A DNA stretch of 64,000 bases from Macrostomum lignano (lineage: Eukaryota): the NCBI GenBank assembly GCA_002269645.1, contig NIVC01001783.1, positions 173,853-237,852 on the forward strand, in the 5' to 3' direction. The notes under the pieces are model-generated. The model was not told the DNA's origin and ran no database searches. It saw only the letters and a list, made by a program, of their open reading frames with translations. The translations under genes and the position numbers were made by a program. Shown piece by piece: positions 13,801 to 25,280 of this stretch (position 1 is its first letter; every line of letters begins with the position of its first letter).

Positions 13801-16800
13801 TTCTCACTAAGATACAGGTAGATACTCAGTCGGACGCAATCGCCGCTGACTCACCAGCGAGTCCAGTCCCTCGCCAAGCAGATCCACGGGCTGCTGATTC
13901 GTAGAGGCAGAGGCGGCAGCCATGGCGGCGGCGGCGGTGGCCCCGCCAGACATGTCAATATCCAGCAGGTCCCCAATCAGCGACTCCTGCGTCGGTATGA
14001 CACTGACGGCGGGCCGTCCGGGAGCTCCGGTGCCGGCGCCAAAGTCGCCACCACCAGCAGCAGCGGCAGCGGCTCCGCCAGCTTCAGCGGCCAGCCGGGA
14101 CGGCAAGCCTTTGGTCGCCTTGGCAACCTGGCCGCCGCCGCGACCGTCAACGAAAGCAGCGGGCGGCTTGTGATAGACGGACGCCAGGCTGCCAATGTGG
14201 CAGATCAGCTCGTCGAGCAGGTTCGGTTCCAGCAGGTCCGTCTCCTCGCTGATCAGCGGCTTCTCGGCGAGGACAACCTGCGGCGATGGTTGACGGGAGG
14301 GGGGGGGGGTCCGATTTGCGCTACTTTGAGGCTGTCTGAGCTAGTGCTTATCTGAGGGGAATTTAGTGCTGAGCTGAGGGGAATGCTAGTGCTTATCTGA
14401 GGGGAATGCTAGTGCTTATCTGAGGGGAATGCTAGTGCTTATCTGAGGGGAATGCTAGTGCTTATCTGAGGGGAATGCTAGTGCTCATCTGAGGGGAATG
14501 CTAGTGCTTATCTGAGGGGAATGCTAGTGCTTATCTGAGGGGAATGCTAGTGCTTATCTGAGGGGAATGCTAGTGCTGAGCTGAGGGGAATGCTAGTGCT
14601 TATCTGAGGGGAATGATAGTGCTTATCTGAGGGGAATGCTAGTGCTTATCTGAGGGGAATGCTAGTGCTTATCTGAGGGGAATGCTAGTGCTGAGCTGAG
14701 GGGAATGATAGTGCTATCTGAGGGGAATGCTAGTGCTTATCTGAGGGGAATGCTAGTGCTTATCTGAGGGGAATGTTAGTGTTAGCTGCAGGGGAATGTT
14801 GTGTTAGCCGAGGGGAATGTTGTGTCAGCTAAGGGGAATGTTAGTGCTACCTAAGGGGAATTTAGTGCTACCTGAGGGGAATGTTAGTGCTGAGGGGAGT
14901 CCTACACAGCCACATGAAGGGCCTGAAGGACATAATTAAGAGCCTACTTAAGAGCCATCTGAAGGGCTTACTTGAGAGCCACCTGAAGGGAATACATAAG
15001 AGCGACCCGAAGGACCTGAAGGGCATGTTTGATTGAGAGCCACCTGAAGTGAATACATGAGAGCCAAATGAAGGACCTGGAGTGAATGCTACTATCGCCA
15101 GGAGCCCAGCAAAATTCTTGCGTCACCCGGGGAGTTGGTATGCAACCCTATGGACCCAAAGGTGGCAGTAGTGTGGTGACAGGCCCCAGAGAATCTGTAG
15201 ATAGTATCGGTAGAGACATAAACAAAACCCTATTGAATCAAGAATGACGCAGCACCTGTTTAGCAGCGGCGGGATCTGTAGACAGCAGTCGCCAATAGAT
15301 GTAGCCGCGATCCCGCAGGTCGGGATTATCAGCCTCCTGAGTAGCCAGACTCAGCGCCTGCTGTACCAGCTCCTGCGTATCCGTGGGCCGTTTTAGAAAC
15401 AGCTTCACAACTGACGTGAGCAGCTGCAGCTGCACGGCAGTCTGCTCGTCGGCGAAGCCTTCTAAAAACGATTCAAGCAGCTCGTCGGCGTTGTCGATGC
15501 GTTCGGCGTATTCGCCGATGATCCAGATCATGGAGGCGCGGGCCTCCGGCTCGTCGAGGGTGTCCAAGTTTTCGCACAGGGTGCCAATGACGGACTCGTA
15601 TTTGTTGGGATACTTGCGGAAAATGTCTTTGATGACTACGATGGCCTCTTGGACAACGTAGTTCACCTTGGTCTGGATGAGATCCAGCAGGGTGCTGACG
15701 CAGCGCTCGGCAGCCGACTCGACTTTGATCGCGCAACGACCGATGGCGCGAACCTGGAGAAAATGTTTTATAGAATTAGGGGTTGATATGCAGCTGACAG
15801 TAGCTAAGCGTGTTGTTAGGACTGGGGGGTCGCCACACACAGCCTCAATTACCCCAGCTAATGCTGGCACCCATTTTACAGCTGGGTGAACTGAAGCCAT
15901 GCAGAGTTAAGTGTCTTGCTCAAGGACGCAGATTGTTTCAGTGGGATCGGGAATCGAACCCTTGGCCTTTAAGTCGTGAGTCCGAGGCTCTAATCACTAG
16001 GCTACAACCCCCTCTAATAAGACTATCAGTAGTTGAAGTGCGTTGCTATGCAACTATCAGTAGCTAGGTGCGTTGCTATGTCACTATCAGTAGCTAGGTG
16101 CGTTGCTATGCAACTATCAGTAGCTAGGTGCGTTGCTATGTCACTATCAGTAGCTAGGTGCGTTGCTATGTCACTATCAGTAGCTAGGTGAGTTGCTATG
16201 CAACTATCAGTAGCTAGGTGCGTTGCTATGCCACTATCAGTAGCTAGGTGAGTTGCTATGCAACTATCAGTAGCTAGGTGAGTTGCTATGCCACTATCAG
16301 TAGCTAGGTGCGTTGCTAAGCAATTAAGTTGTTGTTACGCTTACGCAATCAAGCATAGTTTTAGTTCCGCAATACTTCTTTATAACACAACAAAGAAAAG
16401 TGATTACGTAATTGAGGTAGATTACATTATGAGCGTATTACGCAATTGAAAAGGCAGGTTTTAAGACTCCAATACTTATTAAGGTAACCATTTCTTTAAT
16501 AATGCAGCCCTTAAACTCACCGCCTTGCGCACAAAGTCAACATCAACTTCCGTGGCGTATTCCTTCAATTCGGCCAGCACATTAGCAATATTAGCAGCAG
16601 AGGTCAGCCTGATGAGGATGTCCAGCTTCTCGAGTTTCACGTAGATCGGATCGTTGTATTTGACGAAGAACACTTTCAATTCCTGCTTGAGAATGTCAGG
16701 CCGCTTCTGCACAATCAGATTGATATTGCGCAGAGCAACGTACTGAATCTCGGGTTCGCTAGACAGCAGCGTGACTAACGGTGCAGAGAGCTTCTTGATG

Positions 16801-19800
16801 GTGCTAAGAACGAAATCGGAGTTGGGATCCAGCATCTCGAGTAGCTTCATGATCACCTTGACAGCGCTAAGTACAACGGCAGCGTTAGCATGAGCCAGCC
16901 GGGGTGAAACTCGCTCGATCATGCTGGGGTTTAGGATGAAAAAAATAATTTATTGACCATTGAAAAAAGTCCCGTTACTGATCTGTACAAAAGCCACGTT
17001 TTACTGATCTGTACAAAAGTCCCGTTACTGATCTGTACAAAAGTCCCGTTACTGATCTGTACAAAAGTCCCGTTACTGATCTGTACAAAAGTCCCGTTAC
17101 TGATCTGTACAAAAGTCCCGTTACTGATCTGTACAAAAGTCCTGTTACTGATCTGTACAAAAGTCCCGTTACTGATTTGTACAAAAGTCCTGTTACTGAT
17201 CTGTACAAAAGTCCCGTTACTGATCTGTACAAAAGTCCCGTTACTGATCTGTACAAAAGTCCCGTTTTACTGATCTGTACAAAAGTCCCGTTACTGATCT
17301 GTACAAAAGTCCCGTTACTGATCTGTACAAAAGTCCCGTTACTGATCTGTACAAAAGTCCTGTTACTGATCTGTACAAAAGTCCCGTTACTGATCTGTAC
17401 AAAAGTCCCGTTACTGATCTGTACAAAAGCCACGTTTTACTGATCTGTACAAAAGTCCCGTTACTGATCTGTACAAAAGTCCCGTTACTGATCTGTACAA
17501 AAGTCCTGTTACTGATCTGTACAAAAGTCCCGTTACTGATCTGTACAAAAGTCCCGTTACTGATCTGTACAAAAGTCCTGTTACTGATCTGTACAAAAGT
17601 CCCGTTACTGATCTGTACAAAAGTCCTGTTACTGATCTGTACAAAAGTCCCGTTACTGATCTGTACAAAAGTCCCGTTACTGATCTGTACAAAAGTCCCG
17701 TTACTGATCTGTACAAAAGTCCCGTTACTGATCTGTACAAAAGTCCCGTTACTGATCTGTACAAAAGTCCTGTTACTGATCTGTACAAAAGTCCCGTTAC
17801 TGATTTGTACAAAAGTCCTGTTACTGATCTGTACAAAAGTCCCGTTACTGATCTGTACAAAAGTCCTGTTACTGATCTGTACAAAAGTCCCATTACTTAT
17901 TTGTACGAAAGTCCCGTTACTGATTTGTACGAAAGTCCCGTTACTGATCTGTACAAAAGTCCCGTTACTGATTTGTACAAAAGTCCCGTTACTGATCTGT
18001 ACAAAAGTCCCGTTACTGATCTGTACAAAAGTCCCGTTACTGATCTGTACAAAAGTCCCGTTACTGATCTGTACAAAGGTCCCATTTTACTTATCTGTAC
18101 AAAAGTCCCGTTACTGATTTGTACGAAAGTCCCGTTACTGATTTGTACGAAAGTCTCATTACTGATTTGTACAAAAGTCCCGTTACTGATCTGTACTAAA
18201 GTACAGAAGTACGGCACCAGAGTCATTATAGAAGCGCCCCAGAGTGGTTTCAGAGTCGCAAACAGAAAAGCGCCTCAATTTGACTCTTAGGGCAACTCTG
18301 ACAACTTTTTAACGACTTGTACCGTGACATCTCATCGTTTTAGAGTCGTCTAGAGTCATTTAACAACCTTTAGCATTAAATTAGAGAATATAATAACACT
18401 AACTGTATGGGACATTAAGCAGGCAGGAGGTGCACAGAAGGTCAAACAGACCCAGCCACTCTCCCGCCTCCATCTGATCCCAACTATCAAATTATCAATA
18501 GCAATTTAGTCCCGCTAGCGAAGCTCGTCACCGACATTGTGCCTGAAAGCGTCGACAAAGACAAGCGCTCATTGCGGGACAAAGACCAACGTGAATGATG
18601 AAATGCTTACTTTTGCGCTTCGTTATTTTCAGTAGGCATGTAATTAGCAACAGCATCCAGGATGAAGACCTGGCCCCATCTGAAAGTTTTAATTGGAAAC
18701 AGCAGGTTTAATTGAGAATCTGTTCCACCTGAGTATTTTGATTTTCTAAGAATCTGTTCCACCTGAGTATTTTGATTTTCTAAGAATCTGTTCCACCTGA
18801 GTATTTTGATTTTCTAAGAATCTGTTCCACCTGAGTATTTTGATTTTCTAAGAATCTGTTCCACCTGAGTATTTTGATTTTCTAAGAATCTGTTCCACCT
18901 GAGTATTCTGATTTTCTAAGAATCTGTTCCACCTGAGTATTTTGATTTTCTAAGAATCTGTTCCACTCCACCTGAGTATTTTGATTTTCTAAGAATCTGT
19001 TCCACTCCACCTGAGTATTTTGATTTTCTAAGAATCTGTTCCACTCCACCTGAGTATTTTGATTTTCTAAGAATCTGTTCCACTCCACCTGAGTATTTTG
19101 ATTTTCTAAGAATCTGTTCCACCTGAGTATTCTGATTGTCTAAGAATCTGTTCCACCTGAGTATTCTGATTTTCTAAGAATCTTTGTAAGACTTACTCAG
19201 TGCATTCGTTTAGCGCAGTGAGCAGTTTATTAATCAACTGGCCACTCCAGCAGAGCATATCAGCAGCCGTGTCTGTCTGGGCAGAGTCGGAAATCTCAGT
19301 GATTGCGGCCACAGCGTTAGCTACCACCATGGGATTGCTGTCGGCCAGGAGCTCCTTCAGAGCGTCTAGGAAGCCCTGCACGGTGCGGTGGATTGCGTTA
19401 ATCCTACGGATTGTCTATGTAGATTACTGTGAGCATTTATACCAACTAGCCTAATGCCATATATATCACGTCTATGCACAATACCCCATAGATTATACAA
19501 TCTCACAGACACAATATCCCATAGACTATAGAAGCTCACAGACACAATATCCCATAGACTATACAAGCTCACAGACACAATATCCCATAGACTATACAAG
19601 CTCACAGACAATATCCCATAGACTATACAAGCTCACAGACAATATCCCATAGACTTTACAAGCTCACAGACACAATATCTCATAGACTATACAAGCTCAC
19701 AGACAATATCCCATAGACTACAGAAGCTCATGCAGACAATATCCCATAGACCATACAAGCTCACAAACACAATATCCCATAGACTATACAAGCTCACACA

Positions 19801-22178
19801 CAATATCCCATAGACTTTACAAGCTCACAGACACAATATCCCATAGACTATACAAGCTCACAGACACAATATCCCATAGACTTTACAAGCTCACAGACAC
19901 AATATCCCATAGACTTTACAAGCTCACAGACACAATATCCCATAGACTTTACAAGCTCACAGACACAATATCCCATAGACTTTACAAGCTCACAGACACA
20001 ATATCCCATAGACTATACAAGCTCACAGACACAATATCCCATAGACTTTACAAGCTCACAGACACAATATCCCATAGACTTTACAAGCTCACAGACACAA
20101 TATCCCATAGACTTTACAAGCTCACAGACACAATATCCCATAGACTTTACAAGCTCACAGACACAATATCCCATAGACTATACAAGCTCACAGACAATAT
20201 CCCATAGACTACAGAAGCTCACAGACAATATCCCATAGACTATACAAGCTCACAAACACAATATCCCATAGACTATACAAGCTCACAGACAATATCCCAT
20301 AGACTTTACAAGCTCACAGACACAATATCCCATAGACTATACAAGCTCACAGACAATATCCCATAGACTACAGAAGCTCATGCAGACAATATCCCATAGA
20401 CTATACAAGCTCACAAACACAATATCCCATAGACTATACAAGCTCACACACAATATCCCATAGACTTTACAAGCTCACAGACACAATATCCCATAGACTA
20501 TACAAGCTCACAGACACAATATCCCATAGACTTTACAAGCTCACAGACACAATATCCCATAGACTTTACAAGCTCACAGACACAATATCCCATAGACTTT
20601 ACAAGCTCACAGACACAATATCCCATAGACTTTACAAGCTCACAGACACAATATCCCATAGACTATACAAGCTCACAGACAATATCCCATAGACTACAGA
20701 AGCTCACAGACAATATCCCATAGACTATACAAGCTCACAAACACAATATCCCATAGACTATACAAGCTCACACACAATATCCCATAGACTTTACAAGCTC
20801 ACAGACACAATATTCCATAGACTATACAAGCTCACAGACACAATATCCCATAGACTTTACAAGCTCACAGACAAAATATCCATAGACTTTACAAGCTCAC
20901 ACACAATATCCCATACTTTACAAGCTCACAGACAATATCTCATAGACTATGCAAGGGTATTACAACACCCCAACAGACCTGCTCCTCAACCAGCAGCGGA
21001 TCAATATCGTGCAGCTTAGCAACGCACACAGCCGCAGTCTTGCGCACGTACGGGTCCTCATCTTTCAAGCATTTGCGCAACGGGTCGCACAGGTAGGCGG
21101 TGATTTCGTCAACCCGAATGCAGCCGATGGTGCGAACGGCCAGAGCCCGGATTAACGGATTAGGATCTTCGCAGTCGCGCACAAAAGTGTTCACGGCCAT
21201 GATAGCTTTATCCGGCTGGGTCTTGGCGTAGTTCATCAGGTACAGATACACCAGCTTCTTCAGCTCCAGATTGTCAGCCTGCATGCAGTTGACCACGTCA
21301 GGGAACAGAGTGCTGACATCTTTGCCAACAGTCATGCTGGCGATCACCTTCTTCACCGCCTCCTTGCGTTTGTCCTTTCGTTCGCTGTTTAGTTCGGCTT
21401 TTAGTTCGAATATTTCGCCTGCGTGAAACAGTGGGCAGGTTGGTTGGTGAGACATGGCTATCAGTGTCTGCACATTGCGGCAGATTGTAGGGTTATTTGA
21501 TAGCAGATAATGGCACATTGGTTGGTGAGAGGCTATCAGTGTCTGCACATTGCGGCAGATTGTAGGGTATTTGATAGCAGATAATGGCACATTGGTTGGT
21601 GAGAGGCTATCAGTGTCTGCACATTGCGGCAGATTGTAGGGTTATTTGATAGCAGATAATTGTAAATTGTAGGGTGTTTGATAGCAGATAATTGTAAATT
21701 GTAGGGTTTTTGATAGCAGATAATTGTAAATTGTAGGGTGTTTGATAGCAGATAATTGTAAATTGTAGGGTATTTGATAGCAGATAATTGTAAATTGTAG
21801 GGTGTTTGATAGTAGATAATGGAAAATTGTAGGGTGTTTGATAGTAGATAATGGAAAATTGTAGGGTATTTGATAGTAGATAATGGAAAATTGTAGGGTG
21901 TTTGATAGCAGCTACAGGCAGACAGAGGATTCAGAAAATAAGTTTTGTCTTAGCAGTATTAGCAATAATAAAAAAATAAACAATACAAACCCTTTCTCGT
22001 TGTAGTAAAATACTTTGAATCAGTCGTTTTGGCCTGTGTTGTTACTTTTTGAAGCCATGGCCTGCAAATTAATAAAATATGCTAGCTAGAAAAACAAATA
22101 CAGGTTTAAATCTCTAAAAAAAAAGGTTTACCTTATATTTCCAAGACTTTCTGAAACAGAAGCTGCTACACCTTGCAT
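10477..22178 (-). CDS. AP1B1: AP-1/AP-2 complex beta subunit (beta-adaptin), spliced gene, 10 coding exons, ~989 aa
   Basis: Hand-spliced exons 22178-22132, 22061-21991, 21418-20979, 19375-19197, 18679-18611, 16923-16521, 15753-15256, 14277-13855, 12431-11994, 10878-10477 all have GT-AG borders and matching phases (2970 nt). Protein contains [23 protein letters not shown], adaptin-N trunk, DLL/GDLL hinge motifs and appendage domains. Invertebrates usually have one gene equivalent to AP1B1/AP2B1. Confidence 0.95.
10966..11900. repeat. 40-bp intronic minisatellite (gatggcgccaaatcgatcagaattacactgaatcaattaa)n with 20-bp half-units
   Basis: Direct periodicity; beta-adaptin intron 9. Confidence 0.98.
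11994..12431 (-). CDS. AP1B1: beta-adaptin exon 9 (hinge plus appendage sandwich, ...MDPLLTLQ)
   Basis: attgcag acceptor, gtgagc donor. Confidence 0.93.
12525..12790. repeat. imperfect ~21-bp repeat (acaaaagtacaaatgtactaa)
   Basis: Intron 8. Confidence 0.85.
12951..13137 (-). repeat. dispersed ~187-bp repeat, probable LINE 3' end (copy 1)
   Basis: Near-identical to 18400-18586. Confidence 0.8.
13300..13770. repeat. degenerate ~20-bp repeat (gagattctcagtgagattata)
   Basis: Intron 8; old, diverged units. Confidence 0.8.
13855..14277 (-). CDS. AP1B1: beta-adaptin exon 8 ([17 protein letters not shown]...GEGLDSL; trunk end plus hinge)
   Basis: ccgcag acceptor, gtgagt donor. Confidence 0.93.
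14328..14895. repeat. 23-bp minisatellite (ctgaggggaatgctagtgcttat)n
   Basis: Intron 7. Confidence 0.97.
15256..15753 (-). CDS. AP1B1: beta-adaptin exon 7 ([12 protein letters not shown]...STDPAAAKQ)
   Basis: ttctccag acceptor, gtgctg donor. Confidence 0.95.
15819..16012 (-). mobile_element. tRNA-derived SINE with CORE/Nin-like central domain, 3'-truncated
   Basis: Reverse complement has A-box TAGCCTAGTG, B-box GGTTCGATTCC, then gtccttgagcaagacacttaactc...cagctgtaaaatgggt; homologous to 40078-40350. Confidence 0.85.
16023..16320. repeat. 30-bp minisatellite (actatcagtagctaggtgcgttgctatgca)n, ~10 copies
   Basis: Intron 6, abuts the SINE head. Confidence 0.97.
16521..16923 (-). CDS. AP1B1: beta-adaptin exon 6 (MIERVSPRL...VDFVRKA)
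   Basis: ccccag acceptor, gtgagt donor. Confidence 0.95.
16966..18200. repeat. 24-bp minisatellite (aagtcccgttactgatctgtacaa)n, ~50 copies
   Basis: Intron 5; source of the LLYRSVTG-type spurious ORFs. Confidence 0.98.
18400..18586 (-). repeat. dispersed ~187-bp repeat (copy 2)
   Basis: Near-identical to 12951-13137, same orientation and same left boundary. Confidence 0.8.
18611..18679 (-). CDS. AP1B1: beta-adaptin exon 5 ([22 protein letters not shown])
   Basis: Not in ORF track; found by translation; ctttcag acceptor, gtaagc donor, phases 2/2 fit neighbours. Confidence 0.93.
18714..19185. repeat. 34/39-bp minisatellite (tgttccacctgagtattttgattttctaagaatc)n
   Basis: Fills nearly all of intron 4. 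Confidence 0.97.
19197..19375 (-). CDS. AP1B1: beta-adaptin exon 4 ([24 protein letters not shown]...NECTE)
   Basis: tgcag acceptor, gtaagt donor. Confidence 0.95.
19470..20950. repeat. 33/31-bp minisatellite (atcccatagactttacaagctcacagacacaat)n, ~45 copies
   Basis: Fills most of intron 3. Confidence 0.98.
20979..21418 (-). CDS. AP1B1: beta-adaptin exon 3 (GEIFELK...LLVEEQ)
   Basis: Within ORF 20940-21590; cacgcag acceptor, gtctgt donor. Confidence 0.95.
21440..21910. repeat. composite array: ~75-bp units followed by 32-bp units derived from them
   Basis: Intron 2; both unit types share gtagggtatttgatagcagataat. Confidence 0.93.
21991..22061 (-). CDS. AP1B1: beta-adaptin exon 2 ([24 protein letters not shown])
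   Basis: tttgcag acceptor, gtttgt donor; encodes conserved TDSKYFTTT. Confidence 0.85.
22132..22178 (-). CDS. AP1B1: beta-adaptin predicted coding exon 1 ([16 protein letters not shown])
   Basis: Acceptor ttcag 10 nt before the ATG, donor gtaaac, phase 2 joins exon 2 in frame across a 70-nt intron; sequence is not part of the canonical adaptin N-terminus. Confidence 0.6.
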
Positions 22179-24091
22179 TTTTGGAGAGCTGAAATATAGG
22201 TAAAAATATAATAGAATTTATGGAGTAGAAATTGGCTAATGCAGCTTGATTAATGCAGAGCAAATAAATGAATAAATAATCAAAATAACAAGTAGTTGAG
22301 CAAATTTAAAGTATATATAGCAAAATAAAAATAATCAGAGCAACTTTGCTAGTATAAAACTTGGAAGAGTCGTAGGCCTATAAATTGGCTGAGTAATAAT
22401 ATTTATTAATATATTGATTAGGTAGCCTAGTAATACAATGCAAATCAGTTTCAATCTTAATTTGTTAATTTTTAAGTGCTTATGAGGCAAAATAATTCAA
22501 AATGAAACTTTTATATTTTTATTCTAAAACATTTATGTTTCTCGGATTATAGGCCTATATATATAATCATATATATATTGCTCAATAATATATATATCTT
22601 GTTGATAATTATCAAAAAAAATGATAACAAATATAAATTATATACCAATCAATTATGTATTTACTTAAAAACTAATATTATCTTATAGAAAAAAGTACAT
22701 TTCATTTTATATAACTACACCATTCAATTAGGCTGGTTTTAGATAATTTAATATAGTAGGTAATAGGCTTATATAGATTATATAAATAGAAATTTTATTA
22801 TAAGATATTATTAGTATAGGCCTAGATAAAATTAAAAGCACAAGTATAGTCAAGCCTGGTTGCAAATACTTAGTTTTAATATTAGGACTTAATTAGATTC
22901 AGAAGGTTGATAGTAAGTTTTTTCAGCTTTAATATTATTTATAGCTGATTATTTATAAAGTATATTAGGCCTATATATTTATCTATATATACTATTTTAA
23001 TAACCTATTTAGATATTCAAAGGAACTAGGAATCCTACATCATAAATTACGTTAGGCTTAGGCCTATAATGCCCATAGTCCGGATCATGGCAGGCATATG
23101 CTGGAATGAAAATTCATGTTTTTTCAATTTTATGCCGACGTAAAATAAAAAACATTTTTATGCCATTTTTTCAAAGCATATATATTTTTAGGAATACAAA
23201 ACTTTTACTTTACTTTAAAACAACTGTTTTTGCTAAAAAAACTGATATTCTTTGTTTTAATTTGGATTTTCTTGTAATTTTGTGTTATTATTTTCTATTT
23301 TAGTTTCCGATCATTTTTAAAGAGCTTTAGACATTGGTTAATATTTAACTACACAATTACATTAGCCTTGAACTTGGCTATTTTTTGTACGTTGACTGTG
23401 TACACCTCATGTCGAACCTGAAAATTCTATACGCCAAGTGTATGCCAAGATTGTCAGCGAGACCAAAAATACGCCGTAAAATTCCGGCATAAAGGCCACT
23501 TTCCAGACTATGGTATAATGCTAAAAGGAAAGTTCAATATTATTTTCTAAAATTTTTTTGACCATATAGGTTTCTTGTATGCTAGAATTTACTAGTATGT
23601 ATTAGGCCTAACCTTTTATATATCATTGCCACTCTCCCAAAGATGCTGTTTTCTCTATAAATTTGCAGTATACATAAGGGGTTTTGGCCCAGTGTAAGAC
23701 CAAGATGGCCACACACCAAGATGGCCACATCTGGGGTGGGGGTCACGGAAAATGACAGCTGGTTTACTATTGGATAGCCTGGGGAGATGTGGGGTTGCAA
23801 TGGGGGGTTTAGACAGGCAGTCAAAATTTTATTAGTTTATTGCAGGGCTAAAGACAAAAATGGTTACGAGTCTTAATTTCCTACTTATAGTAGGCCCCTA
23901 AGAGGTGTAAACATATTTCGTATTAAACAAATCTCTTCTTCATATAAAATCTGGTGTATAGCTTTTTTCTATTTCTCTTATTGGTCGAGACTAATTTACT
24001 TGTTTAAAGGGATAAAAACTGGGTAAATTTCATGCCCTGTTCAAAATTCATGTTTCATTCACTGACAGCAGTCTAAGCACTTAGATACAAA

Positions 24092-24250
24092 ATGGCAGGC
24101 ACATATCCATGTGTGGTCTGTCTGCAGCCAGTTTGCAATGGACAAGAAGCAATTGAGTGTTCTCAATGCTTGAATTGGCAGCACCGTGCATGTGATAGTC
24201 ACGTCACAATTGATCAGTTTTCTGCAATGAGAATGTTGGTGAGTTTTTCT
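24092..24250 (+). pseudogene. PHD-finger remnant, probably transposon-derived
   Basis: YPCVVCLQPVCNGQEAIECSQCLNWQHRAC fits the PHD Cys/His spacing; possible donor gtgagt at ~24239; no downstream exon identified. Confidence 0.55.
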
Positions 24251-24359
24251 GGCTTTGCAATCAATGCAATAGACGGTATGTGTGACTCAGTGCACTTCTG
24301 CCTCCGTAATTCATCATGTTTGAGTATGACTTCAGATTTTAGAACTAGATATAAGCTGA

Positions 24360-25280
24360 GCTGAGAGAGAAGACGAAAGTAGAGGCTGAGAGTAGAGAGA
24401 GGCTAAGAGCAGAGAGGGGCTAAAAGCAGAGAGGGGCTGAGAGTAGAGAGGGGCTGGGGATAGAGGTTGAGAGTGGATAGAGGCTAAGAGTAGAGAGAGG
24501 CTAAGAGTGGAGAGGCTAAGAATAGAGGTTGAGAGTAGATAGAGGCTGAGAGTAGAGAGGTTGAGAGTAGAGAGGCTAGTTCACATTGTTCTCAATCCCA
24601 TTCCACTATACATGTAGTTTTTATCTAATGTGACTAAGCCAGGTGCTTTTAGTGCAGGGGTTGGCAAACTTTTTACCTCGATTGAGAACCCAGCTCATGG
24701 CTGCCTTTCTAGTCCGCTTTGTTGGCCCCCAAAGCAAAGTGAGGAGTCCTGATAACAGCAGGCCAGAGGTGAGGAGAGAGGGTAAGGAATACAGAAGAGA
24801 AATACAAGCATAGGATAAAGGAGAGGCAAAGGAATAAAGGAGAAGAGAGTTGATGAGAGGAGAGATTAAATACGAGCGGAGAGAGAGGAGAGAATAGAGA
24901 TGAGGAGAGAGGAGAGAAGAGAGGTGAGGAGAGGAGAGAAGAGAGGGCAGAGATGAGAGAGGAGAGGGCAGAGATGAGAGAGAGAAAAGATGAGAGGAGA
25001 GGGCAGACATGAGAGAAGAGGGCAAACATGAGAGAGAGAGAGAATAGATGAGAGAGAGAGAGGGCAAGAGATAAGAGGATAGTGCAGAGATGAGAGAGAA
25101 AAGAGAGAAGAGGGCAGACATGAGAGAGAATAGATGAGAGAGGAGAGGGCAAGAGATGAGAGAGGAGAGGGCAGAGATGAGAAAGAGAAAAGATTAGAGA
25201 CGAGAGGGCAGAGATGAAAGAGAAAAGATAAGAGACAAGAGTGCAGAGATGAGAGAAAAGATAAGAGACAAGAGGGCACT
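24360..25280. repeat. GA-rich low-complexity tracts (24360-24580, 24760-25280)
   Basis: Purine-only strand; source of Leu/Ser-rich spurious ORFs. Confidence 0.9.

Noticed and set aside
16953-18290. LLYRSVTG / LICTKVP repeat ORFs
   Set aside because: Translations of the 24-bp intronic minisatellite
6251-20950. Regular short repeats as CRISPR arrays
   Set aside because: Units are head-to-tail with no unique spacers, there are no cas genes, and the context is eukaryotic introns
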